Source: Azolla caroliniana
Taxonomy: Eukaryota > Plantae > Polypodiophyta
DNA: 64,000 nucleotides
NCBI GenBank assembly: GCA_043228905.1
Contig: JBHGNT010000011.1
Location: forward strand, 12,896,001 to 12,960,000
Reading direction: 5' to 3'
Shown here: one piece after another, positions 35,101 through 48,735 of the stretch
Position numbering within the stretch: the stretch's first letter is position 1
How the letters are laid out: every line of letters begins with the position of its first letter
Notes under the pieces: model-generated
The model's input: only the letters and a program-made list of their open reading frames with translations
Databases searched by the model: none
What the model was told of the DNA's origin: nothing
Program-made: the position numbers and the translations under genes

Positions 35101-35933
35101 AGAGAAACCTTGAAAAGGGGAAACAAAAAGAAAGACAAAAGGAGAATTAAAATGCAATGCTTATCAAACTTGGAAACTGACAGGAAAGCACATATACACA
35201 AACAAATAGTATAATTGTAATCTCTGGCGTATTCTAACCAAAACATGATACATTGTATGTTAATGTGTATGCTTTTCATTGAGCATTTCTTAACTGTTAG
35301 AATGTGGCAATACCTCCCAGCTACTTAGCCAATGCCCGAGACCCTATTTTGTTTATCTCTAACTTAGGAAACCAATTACTGAATATAAAATCACTATCAA
35401 CCCTTGAATCTCTATCCTAAGGTTTATGCAATAAGTACAGTCAACATTGAATCGTTTTCCAAATTTGGCATATCCAATTCCATATGTAGTAATGTAATCT
35501 GACTTTGTCATTTAACCAACAAGGTGTTCTTCCTTAGTAAATATACATGAGGAGTTGAGTTTAACTGATACAACGTTTGGTGCACCTTTTTGCAGAACGA
35601 TAAAACTTGCATCAGTTGAAGATTTGCCTAGGAGGATTGTCTTCAACACAGTAGAGGAAGTCGACAACAATCATTCCAATGAGGTGTCTGACCTTTTACT
35701 GTTATTTCGGTGACTAAAATAAGCTAAATATATCTCACCTAGTTTAAGTTTCTCTTGGATTTTATACAAGATATCTCTTAGAAATCATTCACTACATAAC
35801 GTTTTTGTTACAACAGGATTTCTCAAAGAAGAAAGAAGCATCAACAACAAGCAATAAGAGTGAGGATCATGACCTAGGCTATCCGGAGAGATTCCTACAA
35901 TGGGTACATAGCAGTTATGCTTTTGCATACTAA
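29180..35933 (+). CDS. SAC: SAC-domain phosphoinositide phosphatase, FIG4 / plant SAC1-5 subgroup. Predicted exons 29180-29305, 29609-29813, 29983-30148, 30984-31206, 31280-31359, 31862-32046, 32152-32246, 32788-32921, 33001-33129, 33382-33664, 33758-33879, 33961-34071, 34235-34456, 35596-35683, 35817-35933
   Basis: Motifs [86 protein letters not shown], catalytic [37 protein letters not shown] and C-terminal ERFLQWV. GT-AG introns keep the frame. Confidence 0.93.
30202..30325. repeat. Intronic tandem repeat, ~53-bp unit, about 2.3 copies
   Basis: TATGCAA(C/T)AAATCAGAAACTAT.TTAGGTCA.TTGTCTA.AGATTTA..ACCTA repeated in SAC intron 3. Confidence 0.85.
32235..32385 (+). repeat. Tandem repeat of 54-55 bp (about 2.7 copies) spanning the exon 7 splice donor of the SAC gene
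   Basis: TTTAGTGAAGGTAA(G/C)TACC.TCTAA.AAACAATATTTTA occurs three times, with GT at 32247, 32301 and 32356. Confidence 0.9.
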
Positions 35934-37819
35934 AGGAAGTATGGTACCAGTGGTTTGAATAAAAACTGCACTGATAACGTCTTCACCGGCAAGAGGCCAA
36001 AAAGAAGCCACACATGAAAAAACCCAAAGGAATAAACATGCTTCTGTGATGCAACTTATGAGCTATTATCCCATTATTACGACTCAAACTGCATAGCCTT
36101 ATAGAAATGGAGATCTATCTGTATGTGCATATGTACATGTACGTATGTATATGTCAACATCTACGCCTACATCTACGTCTATCTATGCGGGTTCGTCCGT
36201 ATGTATGTGTATGTGTGAATGTATGTACGTATGTATATATCTATACATGTATATACACTTGTACTTGGTACTTCTACACGTATGTATTCCTGTATTCTTA
36301 ACAAAAAAAATATGTATGTATCTTAATGTACGCATATAAATGGCATTTTCTGCAAAAAGAGTGTCGGAAACCTCAGATCAGGACAGGCTAGAAATGCTGA
36401 GAAAAACATCATCAGGGAAAACAAATGAAGTGCAAGAAGCATCAGAAAAAGCCGTGGCCATGGATGGACAAATGAAGGATGAATATACGCATACCTATAT
36501 ATGTTCATACTCTCGTGTCTGCAGAAAAATCTTGGAGGAGAAGGAAGCAAGCTAAATCCTTGACACATCAGCAAAGAGGTGGTAGTAGCTGGGAATAGCT
36601 GCAGCTTCTTCATAGCCATGGCGGTTGGTTATATTCAGTTGGGGAAGGCCAAGTGTTGGAACCCATATACTCTGTTTTTTTTTTTAGGTGTGATACTCTG
36701 TTCTTAGCTATGATACATACTCTGGAGTCTGTTTTTAGTTATGATCCTCTGTTTTTAGCTATGGTCCTCTGTTTTTTAGCTTTTTATTGTGAACACTTGT
36801 ATAAACTATGGGTGGGTGCCTGGTGCCTCTCCGATCGATCGACCGGAGGCTCTCAACGTGGCTCTCTCGAACAACTTTCGGATTGCATTTCGGCCTCTCT
36901 CATTAAGCCATGGCGCTACAGAGCCCCTCGATTGTCTACTCGAAAACATTGTTCCGGCTTTTCCGTCAGATTACAGCAAACTTCGTGGAAGGAACTTTTG
37001 GAAATCTAATCGTATTTCTTGTGAAGTGTCGCTGATCAGAATGTCGTATGATTTGGAGATGCAAGCTCTTTGTGGCGGAGATTTGAGAGGAAACATTGGA
37101 TTGCCAGATGCATAATGCTTTAGTAGTGATGAGTTTGCTTTGCATCTTGGTGTTGGTGTCATACAATGAAATGTATCTGAATATGTTTAGAACTTTGTCT
37201 CTCCGAGAGGACATAAGTAAATACATATGCATTTTTTTGTTGAGTCATAGAGTCAATTTCTGTGTTTTTTTGTCCTTCAAGTTAGTGGATTATTGTCGTA
37301 TTTAGGGTACCCTAAACGTGCATGCCAATGTGTTCATGTTCATGTTCGTGTGTGTGTGTGTGTGTGTGTGCACGCGCGCACATGTGCGTGTGCGTGCATG
37401 CAAATAAGGGCTTCCAAAAGCTATTAAAAGAGAGCCAATGGGGATCGAAATAAAAGAATAAGAAGAGGTCCTAACATTAGTTGAAGTACAAGTCTATCAT
37501 AAAATATTGTGCATTGTTTTGTTTATCTAGTACTTGGCATATGTACTAAATAGTTACATTTGACATACATGCAATTCAGATTTTGTAGATGTTAACGCAT
37601 AAGTGCTAATGTCAAGATTTGATATATATAAATATTTGGTGAGTATGACATGAAGATGCCTATCTACATGGATCTCTTCTACAACGTGCCATATTAATAT
37701 GTTGTTCTAGAGTCATATCTAAAGATATGGGAAGATTTTTAGCCATTTTTTAATATCATGCAAAATCAATTGGCAAAGTCGTAAACGATCATCATTTACC
37801 TCTATTTTTGAGATCTGGT

Positions 37820-38620
37820 CTTTTTTTTTTATATATAAAAGATTTTCTTCAATAGTATTAAGAACAAAACGCCTGAAGGCTACAACTTGAACCTAGCTAC
37901 CAAGAAGGTTACAAGTTTCTTTATACAATGATATAAAATACGAGGATGTTTACATTTGTTGATATTCAAAGAGTCCATGGAAGTCGATATTGCCATTGAG
38001 GCTCTTGAGCTACCATTGTAAATAGGGGCACCTTTTTCCATAAGTGAAGAAGCTTTTTCCTTTTCTTGTTCACAGTATCTAGGGAACCCTGCATATTGTC
38101 ATACTGACCACGGACTACAGCCAGCAAGTTCTCCCATAACTCAAACAACACATCTGAGAGATGAATGGCAACCCCATCATAAAGTCGGTTACATCAATAT
38201 TTCCATAATATCCATAATGTTATTGTGGACACAGTTTTCCAAATTTGGACAGATCGCACCTGCTTTCGAGATTGCTGGAAGGGACTAACTAATATCAAAC
38301 TTCTATTATGTATTGCCATTGCCTCATGAACATCGTTTGCCTCATACAACATTAAACCGGAGTGTAATACTCCCCACATCTTTTGAGATTTGGTCTTAGG
38401 GAGGTGGCAAGAACGTTTGGCAATAGATGGAATGATTTAAAGAAGGCTTGACCATTGTTACAAAATGGAAGTGTGAAATCCACCAAACTTTGATGCCCTT
38501 CAAACATGTAGTGGATATTAGTAACAAGGCAAATAATAAATTGTCCATTCAAGGAGTATTTTGACCAATTGCCAAATGTGATCAATATCATTCCTCCAAC
38601 CTTCTTTCGGTAACCTTCTA
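37820..38620 (-). mobile_element. Degenerate LINE 3' fragment
   Basis: Peptides IWKTVSTITLWILWKY and LFELWENLLAVVRGQYD...LW...P....PQWQYRLPW. T-run (minus-strand poly-A) at ~37820-37830. Confidence 0.75.
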
Positions 38621-38635
38621 GTATATTAATGTCTA

Positions 38636-38841
38636 TATCGAGTTTAGCGGTGCTTGACATTAAATCAAGTTATCTTTCTTCAAATGATTGTTTCTTATTC
38701 TAATCCTATTTAGCGATGTCTCCCTCATCACATTTGAGTATCGAGTTTAGTAGTGCTTGACATTAAATCAAATCAACTTTTTTCAAATTATTGTTTCTTA
38801 TTCTTATCCTATTTAGCCATGTCTCCCTCGTCACGTTTGAG
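38636..38841. repeat. Tandem duplication of ~103 bp
   Basis: TATCGAGTTTAG..GTGCTTGACATTAAATCAA...TGTCTCCCTC.TCAC.TTTGAG occurs twice head-to-tail. Confidence 0.9.
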
Positions 38842-39968
38842 TTTGGGTCATAGTGTGAAGATTTACAAGTTCCGTCATAAAGTTTGAATTAAAATGCGAT
38901 GAAAATGTAGAGAATTATGGCTAGAGTTATTAGTTAAGGGTAGAATAAATATATTATATGACCTAATCTAATTGTCATAATCACTGGATTCCACATTCTA
39001 ATTAGATAGTATTTTACTCTTCAATCATACTCGCAACACGTACAAAAAGAAGTATTGAGTCTATGGATTTGCAAAGTGTACTGAATTAAATTTGTGCATG
39101 TTATACCAAATATCCTCGAAACTAGATCCATCGCCTATAAACTAATTCATTCCTTTTTCAATATCATGGTAATCTAATGTCAATTTCATGTATAACCAAA
39201 ACAAATCATTTGAGTCATTTTTTTATCTATGCATGCATCTCAAAAAGGAAGTAATCCCGGTTTGGTATTCCACTTGTTTAGTCATTTGGAATGGATCATA
39301 CCAATCTGGAACAATGAGTTAAGACCTATAAAAGTTAGAGACATATTATCAACATATCTGACTTCCTATTGATACCATGCAAATGTTTGAAATTGACCAA
39401 ACATTTTCCTACATGTTTAAATCCACCTCAACAAAAAATAAAACTTGGTATAACATGTTATAAAAACAATCCACTTTCATTCAAAAGATAAATGCTTCAC
39501 ATTGGTTTGATAAAAAATTAAAGTGTAAAAGTTATAATGGAGAAATTATACTTCAATTCTCAAATTATGTGAAGAGTTGTATACACTAAGAAATTTTACT
39601 TTGACGTGTATAATAGCTCAAATACACGTCAAAATATGCTAAGTAATTCCGTAGTTCCACAAAAGGATAAGATTAACCAATTAGGTTGCACTATGTATTT
39701 TGCATAGCTTTTAGGATTCAAATTCAGGTTACCTTCTATAGAATCATCATGGTGGAAGTATGAAATGTGTGTTGTAAATATTTAAGCATCAATTATATTT
39801 CTTCTTAATTTTTTTTCCTCATTCCCAATTAGTTATCCTTCAACGGCTTTATAAACCCCACAAACTATTTTCTGTTAGTTGCGTTTTATTTTGTAGTTTG
39901 AGGCACACGTTTTTGTTGGTTTTGTCCTTAGTTTTAACTCACAAAGATACATGAGCACATATACTCTC

Positions 39969-40323
39969 TTTTTCCAAAAAAAAACTACTTCCATTAGTTA
40001 AGGCAATGTACATAGGATAATATACAACTCATATCTTATAGGTCAACTTGCATGTCGAAAAGAAAACATGTGTAAAGGAAACAACAAAAAAAACTCAAAA
40101 ACACCACATCATTCGATGAGCATAGCATTACTCGACTGCTTACCCTCCACGTGAGCCTCATACAACCCGAATTCAGCATAGACATCCTCCACTCTCTTCT
40201 AATGGCAACACCCATCTATATGTTAGGCACACTCGGAGGGAACAACCATCGTGGTGGTTGATAATTCCACTTCGCTTTGCCATCCACCATCTGCATCATC
40301 GGAGAACCGCTCCATTTCAAAAG
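39969..40323 (-). mobile_element. Short LINE 3' end
   Basis: Minus strand encodes SPMMQMVDGKAKWNYQPPRWLFPP and ends TAACTAATGGAAGTAGTTT...GGAAAAA. Confidence 0.75.
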
Positions 40324-40524
40324 GACCCCCCCCCCCCCCCCCTCCCCAGTAATAAAGCATCTCCAAATGTCTTAGTCATACAAGAACACTGAAGTTCCAC
40401 CCTCATGACACCACCAAAGAAATGTATTTACACGTCTTCATAGGAAGTAGTTTACCAAACATATTCCACAAGGCTTCCATAAACACTTAACGCAAGTTCT
40501 TTTGTGCAAGTGGCCATTTGATTA

Positions 40525-40990
40525 TTTTTTCCAAAAAAGGGCTACTTTCCCATTAGTTAAGAGAGATTTTTACAGGAAAACTATACAAGATGGTTTATAT
40601 ATAAATCGTGGAATCACCCCCTGACCGAGTTTGAGAATATGAGACTGCGTACATATCCTCTTCTACTTTCTACTTAATGTAAGTAGGTACCTAGAGTTAT
40701 AAACTAGAGGCAATCATCGCCAGCTAGCACGAGCACGGGCCCGATCCTCTTCCCTTCAATAGAGGGAGGGTGGGAGGTGTGTAGAAATAGCTAGCATGGG
40801 GCTTGGTAGTTCCTCCATTTCTACTTGATGCGTAAGTGGTTAGTGACCACATCGTTAGTGTGGTTACAAACCTCGTCCAACTGCCCTTGTAGGCAACTGA
40901 TAATCACGAACCAAATATCCATGATCAATTCCTCCGGGGAGCATACCAAAGCTTGGAAGACCTTTAGGCAACATGCTTTCCACACATAAT
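40525..40990 (-). mobile_element. LINE 3' end of the same family as 25227-25953
   Basis: WKACCLKVFQALVCSPEELIMDIWFVIISCLQGQLDEVC closely matches WKAHCLKVFQGTVQPPEEVIMDIWFALISCLRGQLEEVC. Same terminal motif TAACTAATGGGAAAGTAG plus A-tail. Confidence 0.85.
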
Positions 40991-43900
40991 TGAGTTTTGC
41001 TTGTGCACGAGACACCACATTCTTAGGCCCATGTATTAGAAGGCCATAACATGTATTATACATCAATCTAAGGAGTGCATCGAGTCTCTTTGTGCCAAAA
41101 CCTTGTAAATTGGCATGGTCACAAAGTCATATTTTGACAAAGTTGATCATTGAATCATCTCGTATGTGTCCAATTGAATAATAGAAATGCTAGAACAAGA
41201 GCTCGTTGAATGGGATGCTAGCTATGTTGTGTGATATATTTTTTACGAAATATGATGTGGTGATGTTTATAAATATATAATATGTTTGTTTGATGGGGAT
41301 AATATTATATTGTTGCTTGTTTTAAAAATTGGTTGTGCAATTCATATGCTTTTTATTTTTATTCATATTGGGCTTAATGTTATTATATATGAATTTGAAT
41401 AGATCTTCTATCAGATTATGTATGAATTCGTCATAAAAGTCGATATTCATAATTCATATTATTTAGTTTAAAATTTTGTTGATTAAGCACCAGTATACCT
41501 ATTTTATAATTTGGTTTCTCCGAGTATAACCTATTTAATTCTAATAAGATTTGGATCTTTTTTGGGCAAAGTGTCTTGGGAAAAAAAATGAAAGGGAAAA
41601 AGCTATGAAAACAAAAAGACTAAACTTGCATAAGAATTTCTCAAATTGCAAGGAGTTGAGGGTATTCTGATGTGGACTACAAAGATTAGGCAAGGTCTTT
41701 GGCAAAGAAAGTTGTAAGGTCAATAGGTTCATCGGTTGATGATGCTAGAGTGGGATTCCTTCATAGCCAGATTAGACATTTTCCCATTATAAGATTGATT
41801 ACGCATTATCCTCATGGCCCTTTCATATCTCACAATACTTCTTTATTCACTCCCATGTAGTTGGGAGCACACTCCTTCAGTACCATTATGACATGGCACA
41901 TCTCATGGACAACTCTTATGGAACGTGTCATCTCATCTCGTTGGGCCACGTGCCTTATATAAACATGCAAATGGAAAGAGAGCTTGATAGTTAGATTCTC
42001 AATTGGAGAGTGTCCAAATCACAAGTGGATGGCTAATCTAACATATTGAGGTTAAGGATTAAGTCTCTTATTGTGAACTTGTAACTATAAAAAAAATATA
42101 TTTGTAAGTACATGCTTCTATCTCGCAATACAAGTTTAGATTGTTGAAAAGACAAAACAAAGATTTACATTCGAAGAATAGGTTTATCAACGTCGTTGGT
42201 AATGAAGAGTGGGTTATTAGTAGTTATTAGTCCAATGGGTGGGGCCATAAGTTGGTGCCGTATTAGATTGTCATTGAAAAATATAGAGTTCTATTTTCCT
42301 TCCATTCTAATCAAGTAATGATCTCTTCAATAAATTGATGATGTGTACCTTCTCTCTTCTCGACCAATGTGTAACAGTTCCTATAACTTATTGATTTGTT
42401 CTTATCTCCTCTCCTTTCCCACGTATGACATGTTTATCCTTCATTGATTTCTCTCTCTCTCTCTCTCTCTTTTCATGCTAATCGTTAGTGAAACTTTTTT
42501 GTTTCATCTTATTCTCTTCGATAAGGTGTATGATAGTTAGGCAACTCTTTATGGAGAACAATTCATAGGCATTTATGCCAAGAAAGCTTAGTTTTGTATA
42601 TTTATGGAATTCAATGGCTTTATTTAGAATTTAGCCTCCTAACATGCAAGGTTTCCTCAATTACTCATTCATATTTTGCTTCACATGCCTTGTCATAATA
42701 CACATAAGTTGTGCCAATAATCTCTCTTGGTGCTTGATAATGAAGAAATCTATTGTTTTTAGAATCCTAGTTATAAAAGTTATTACGAAATCGTTTTGGA
42801 GATAACATTAGGTGGTGTTATAAAACTCCTTAGATAAATTCTCATATGTAAATAAGAGGATTATTGATCATGATTGAACTTGCCTAAAATAGAAATATTC
42901 ATATACAATGCTTCTCTATTTACCAAACAAGGTGGAGGCAAGGAGATTTAAATATATAAAATCACTGACATGTCTACAACAGTAAAATCCAAAGTATCAA
43001 CAATCATATCAAAAACATCAATAATATCATCGTTCATGTGTTTTGAGCATTTTAAACCAAAATTTTAATCCATGCATGTAGCAAGAAAAGAGTTTACACT
43101 TGCCATGTGATTGATTGATAATGCATGTAAGATATGTACACACTAGTTTTGAACCGGTAAATGTACATATTCTATATGTAGTGTCATATTCTCATTCTTA
43201 TTTGTACAACAAGAAGATTTTGCATACTTTGTTATTTGAGTATATCATATAGCACCATGGTACGAGGCTCTAAATTTGACAAAGAATATCACTTGCATGT
43301 AATATACACACAAATGTGATAGAGAGAATGAGATCTTTACATTCGTGTATGTGTGTACTTGTAAAGCAACGAATCTTATGAAATAACTTGAGTTGGTCAT
43401 AAAATAAAAAATCCAAAGGTGCTATGGGGCAAAGTAAGGCATTTCACGGGACATAATTACTTTGCATATCAAGTAAAAAAAAATTGATATGACATATCAA
43501 GGAACCAAAGCTTGCTTGTGTATCCATCGATATATAACATGATCATTAGAATTAGTATAGTGAATCATGGCGCGTTGACAAATATCATAAGATTACAAAG
43601 CCATTGTTTATACGTTATGCATTGTTCAAGAATTGTGGTAGAAGTGATTCCTTTATGAAGTAATAAAAAAAGCATTTGAGACCTTTTGAGATGAATTAAT
43701 GATTGTCTCCAGTTCTAGATTACATTTGAATGCTTTTTTATCTCTTTCATGGTGCAACTTGTGAGGGACTTTCTTTCATGAGGCACTTTGCATGGTTTTT
43801 GAAGAAAGTTAAGGCTCTAGAGAAGGGCATCATAGTGTAAGGTGGGCAACTCTTTCGTATAAAGTTATTGCTTTAAAAGGGCATGCAATTTGGGATATAG

Positions 43901-46900
43901 TTGTAAAACATACCGAGTATTTGTTCGTTTGTGAAAGTCAATTCCTCACATAAAACTACATTATGACACATATATATTATATTAATCTTGCCGTAGGCTA
44001 GTCTAAAAGCGAAATGATGCTTCTACTACACTCTAAACTAGAAAAACTTTTCAGTCATCAAGAATCTTAACATATTTCAGTGTGTGCTGAATTTTTATAA
44101 TCGCTTAAAAAGATGTGACATTTCTTAGTTAATCATTTGGTGTGCTTCCATTGGTTTATATCTCATTTCTATGGTCGTTGGATATGTGGTAATGTCTTTA
44201 AGCAGGCTCATGGCAACCAGTTGCATGCTTTCACCTCAAAAGTGAACTTGATATATCATCATACATAAATTTGGGCAAAACATCCCTCTCATCCCAAGTG
44301 TCCTGACCAACAAGTATATGATCCATTATCGATCCAATTCATGTACCATGAACACTAGCTCATCTCTAGACAACCTTCCAACGTAACTAGGTAACGCACA
44401 TTGTTTTCGTTAGATGACTCGTTGGTAAAGAAGAAAAGGGAGAGTCTAATTTGTCCCTTCCTATTTATTGAGTTAAGTGAAGAAGGAAAAGAAGGGTGCG
44501 CACAATGGGGAGATCAATAATAGATGGAAATCACATGATAATTTAAAGTGTGTAGTTGTCCTTGCATTCATTTTGCTTGGGAATAATAAATGATCGAGTA
44601 AGAAAAATATGCGTGGGCCACATGTAATAGGTGGAAATGGTTGTTGTCACATGGATGCTTGTGGAACATGCTTTACTAAGAGAGCGATGGTTTAAATGAA
44701 ACTTGATATAGCTTCTTTACTCAAGCCCACATGTATAATAAACCTAAAAAACATTACTCTCTTTTTATAATAGTCCACATGTCTCACATACATATATTCT
44801 ATCCTATTAACAATATATAAATATATCTCCATGGTAGATGTCTCAACAACATAGAGAGCGACAAACATGCTGATCACAAACAACAATAATGATCTTGGTA
44901 AGAAGAGAATAACTCTTAGATGTTCTAGATCTAGATGTGAACCATTGTAGGTTTTGTGATAAGTGAGAGACTATGAGGGAGTGAGTTCGGTAATGCTTAT
45001 ATTAATCCATTTAATATTACACATTTGAGTAGAAGGAGATCACGACCGCTGATAATATACAAGGCATTCTATATACTCACGATAATATGCACAAGAGAAC
45101 AAACTATGGAGGTCAAGGGGAAATGTAGGAAAGAGTATTGGTACTTCTTCATAGTAATGACAAAAAAGACCAAAAAAGTCCACCAACACGCATTGCACAA
45201 CTGATTATAGAATGCACATTGATCAACAAAATACCTCGTCGGTTATCAAGGATGTAGAATTATGTGCATACACATGGATATATGTTTGTTTTTTCTTTCA
45301 ATGTTACTTTATGCATAGTATGTGACATTCTCTCATCTCTCTCTCTCTCTCTCTCTCTCGCTCTCTCTCTCTCCATACACAATAAATACTATATTATGTA
45401 TAATACATGTAATATGTATGTATGGGCATTTTAGTTATGAAATTCACAAGGTTCAAAAATTGGAAGCCTTTATCCCTCGAATAAGGAGAACATAGTGGAG
45501 GATTCATACACATCAGTTAAAACAATGAAGCGACAAATTAAGAAAGGCAACAATCTTAAATTTGGCTAAGCGAATCGTGGGGGGAAGAAGGCCCACCCAG
45601 AGAGAGAGAGAGAGACGAAATGATGGGAATGTCATAGGTAGAAGTGCGTTGTGATTTTTGAGGAGGACATGTCCTTATGCAAATATGGACAAAACAAGTT
45701 GGTTAAGGAAAAGCTAAGCATATGAAAATGTATGTTTCTTGTTGGATGCTCCAAAAGGTAAGGAGCAAGTAACGTAGGTAAGGTGTGCAGAAGGATGAAG
45801 AGTCATAAGAAATTCACACCAACTATTACTTTACAAGACACGTCAATGATATGCAATTTCCTCACTTGCGCTTGCAAGTTGCATTGCTCCCCCCCCCCCT
45901 CCCTCTTCTGTCTTCTTTGGTGATATTTGAGAACGAAGAATCAAATTTGAAACGCACATGCTTTGTGGCCAGGTAAGAACTACACATGCTAGCTTAAAGA
46001 TCAAGTGAAATACTCTTCTTATGTGCGTGTGTCTTTCACGGTAAGAGTTGAGCCGATATGCGAGCACACATGCATAAATTTGACCTCAGCAAAATGATAG
46101 CAACCTGTGTACCCTATCTCACGCACCCCACATACACCAACACACACACATTCTCTCTCCCTCTCTCTCGTGATAAGTTGATCATGCAAATATGTCCGAG
46201 TGCGAACATATATACTTACGAACCTGCCTTTTATGTGTGAAACACACAGATCTATATATGTTCACGACAAATCGCCCAAGGGTTATCTTAGCAATCTACA
46301 TGTTCCAGTGTTGTTAAAGTTATCGAGCACGAAGATTGAAATCCAATCGTTGGCACAATGAAGCACACGGGGGGGGGGAGCCTGAGGGAGTCTCCCGTGT
46401 CCACGAGAGAGTTCCCAGGGAAACAATCGCGCTGGTGGTGGGTGGGTGTCCACCAGCCTTTTTCCTCTCTTCCAGGGGTACCCTCTGGAATTAAAGAAAA
46501 CTCAGAGAAGAGCTCATCCCCTGTTTTCTGCTATTATGTAAATTAACCCAAAACAAAAACAAAAACAAAAAGAACACACCCATCCCTTTTCTTCTTCTTT
46601 TTCTTCTTCTTCTCTGATTCCCCCCCCCCCCCTCACCTCCATCTCACCATAGCTCGGATTAGAGATCAGAGACCATCTCCTTTGTGGGTTTTCCCCTCTT
46701 CTTCTACCCCTGCCTTCCAATCTCCCATTGCTAGCTTCTAGCTATGGTGGGCTCCTCACCCTTCTCGTGCCGTATCAGTCTAATTTAAGCTTCTTCTTAC
46801 GTATCCTTTTCCTTCCTTCCTTGTCTTTCTTTCTTCCTCCCTCCCTCCCTCCCTCCCTCCCTCCCTCCCTTCTTAAATTCCTCATTGATCTACCCTATCC

Positions 46901-48434
46901 CATTCGCCCAGATGTCCTCAATTTCTCTCTGTTCCTCACCAGGTTGCACCCATTTCATCCGTTAGATCTTGTGCTCCTTTTTTCTGATATTTGATTTCGG
47001 ATTCTCGATGTTCAATGCCTTTCTAATGCGATTTTCCATTAATTTTGAAAAATGTTATTTTTATTACCGTGATTTCAAATGGCGTTAATTGATTTCCATA
47101 TCTGAGAACAGATTTTGTTTTCTGATGATTCTCAGGGGCGTCGATTATAACGTAAGTGACCTTACCTTTTCTTCTTCTCCTCGTTCGTCTGATATCAGTG
47201 CTCATTTATTAAATTCTTGCTGTATTCCATTCCTTTTTCTCACTACTATTTGATTCAATCCTATGTTACTCTTTTGCCTCACCCTATAAATTCTTTTCAA
47301 TCATTTTCTAACCTTCAATTTAATCATGATCTATCTGTTCCCACAACAGAGCACATGATTTCTACCTTAATGTTAAGGTGTAGTTTTTTAAGATGCTTTT
47401 AATCCAACCTCAAGCAATGCATAACAAGTGTGCTATTTTTACCCCTTTCCCCCCCAATTTCCTCATAGATCACCGAAGAAGAAATTATATACATATATTG
47501 ATTAAAATTTAACCCTAACAATGCATACATATTTTGTTTGCTAATTGTTTTGGGTGTATGTTGTTTCTTCAGGAATCAGGAAAGAAGATGATTGGTTTAT
47601 ATGAAAATCCATAATAATAACTGGTCTTCGTCATCAAGCTTAGGGCATATACAAAATTTATAATAATTGGTCATCAGTAATATCAACATTTTGATTAAAT
47701 ATACATCTATCAAGGTCACGTTTGCTTTAAAGGGATGTAAAAGAATCAGGATTTTCTCACCGTTGAATGGAGTTGAAGATCACATGGTGTTCATGAAGTC
47801 AGCAAAAGATGAGAGGACATGGATGAAAATTATGTTAAGGGGTCAAAGGCCTAGGAGCTCTTTGATGGAAGGTCAGCGTGCACATTTTCTGATATCAGCT
47901 ACATACTATCTTCTCAGGTCAGATTTCATATTTAATTCGATAGTGTCTATTTGATGAAGATTAAATATCTTGTGTATGTTTCTCTTTTTGTTGAAGTTGA
48001 AATAATCTCAATTGTAATCACAACCCTATTGCGAAGGAAATCCAAATTGTCTTCTGTGCGTTTTTAAAGCTCAATATATTTCAATTACAATCAGGACTCT
48101 AATTTGAAAGAGCCCATTTGAAAATGAGGTTATTTCCTTGGGACCCATTAGCATGTGACAATCTGTATGATTCCATTATGGACTAATCCCTAATTCTATG
48201 AATGTATGTAGTGGTCAGGATTGAGAAAGGCAGCCATTTGGCTGGTGTTGTAGCATGTTTGATTGTCATCTTGATCCTTTGTCCAAAGATAGACCGAATC
48301 ATTATGGCTCTGATAAGTCAGGGTTAATCAAATTTTTGAGTGACTGGATGGAGTAATCTGATTTTCAACTAATAAAGAATTTGTTATTAACTGTAGAATT
48401 GAATGTGAGAGATGTGTGATTGAGGTCAGTTTCT

Positions 48435-48735
48435 AACAAAGTGATATGTAGTGCTGAGTTCATCAACATATCTAATAAAATCCATTAACAAGGTTTGAAA
48501 CCATCAACAAAGTGATAAGAAGTGCCGAGTTCATCAACATATCTAAAAAAATCCATTAATTATGACAAGGTTTGAAACCATCAACAAAGTGATATGCAGT
48601 GCCGAGTTCATCAACATATCTAAAAAAATCCATTAATTATGACAAGGTTTGAAACCATCAACAAAGTGATATGCAGTGCCGAGTTCATCAACATATCTAA
48701 TAAAATCCTTTAATTATGACAAGGTTTGAAACCAT
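48435..48735. repeat. Minisatellite, 77-bp unit x4 (first copy 71 bp), in the 5' UTR intron of the AML gene
   Basis: AACAAAGTGATATGCAGTGCCGAGTTCATCAACATATCTAA.AAAATCCATTAATTATGACAAGGTTTGAAACCATC starts at 48435, 48506, 48583 and 48660. Confidence 0.95.

Noticed and set aside
36789-36880. Ketoacyl-synthase-like NVALSNNF peptide
   Set aside because: The diagnostic GFGG does not follow and there are no other KAS motifs, so it is likely chance.
48435-48735. CRISPR array
   Set aside because: Units are contiguous without unique spacers, there are no cas genes, and the context is eukaryotic.
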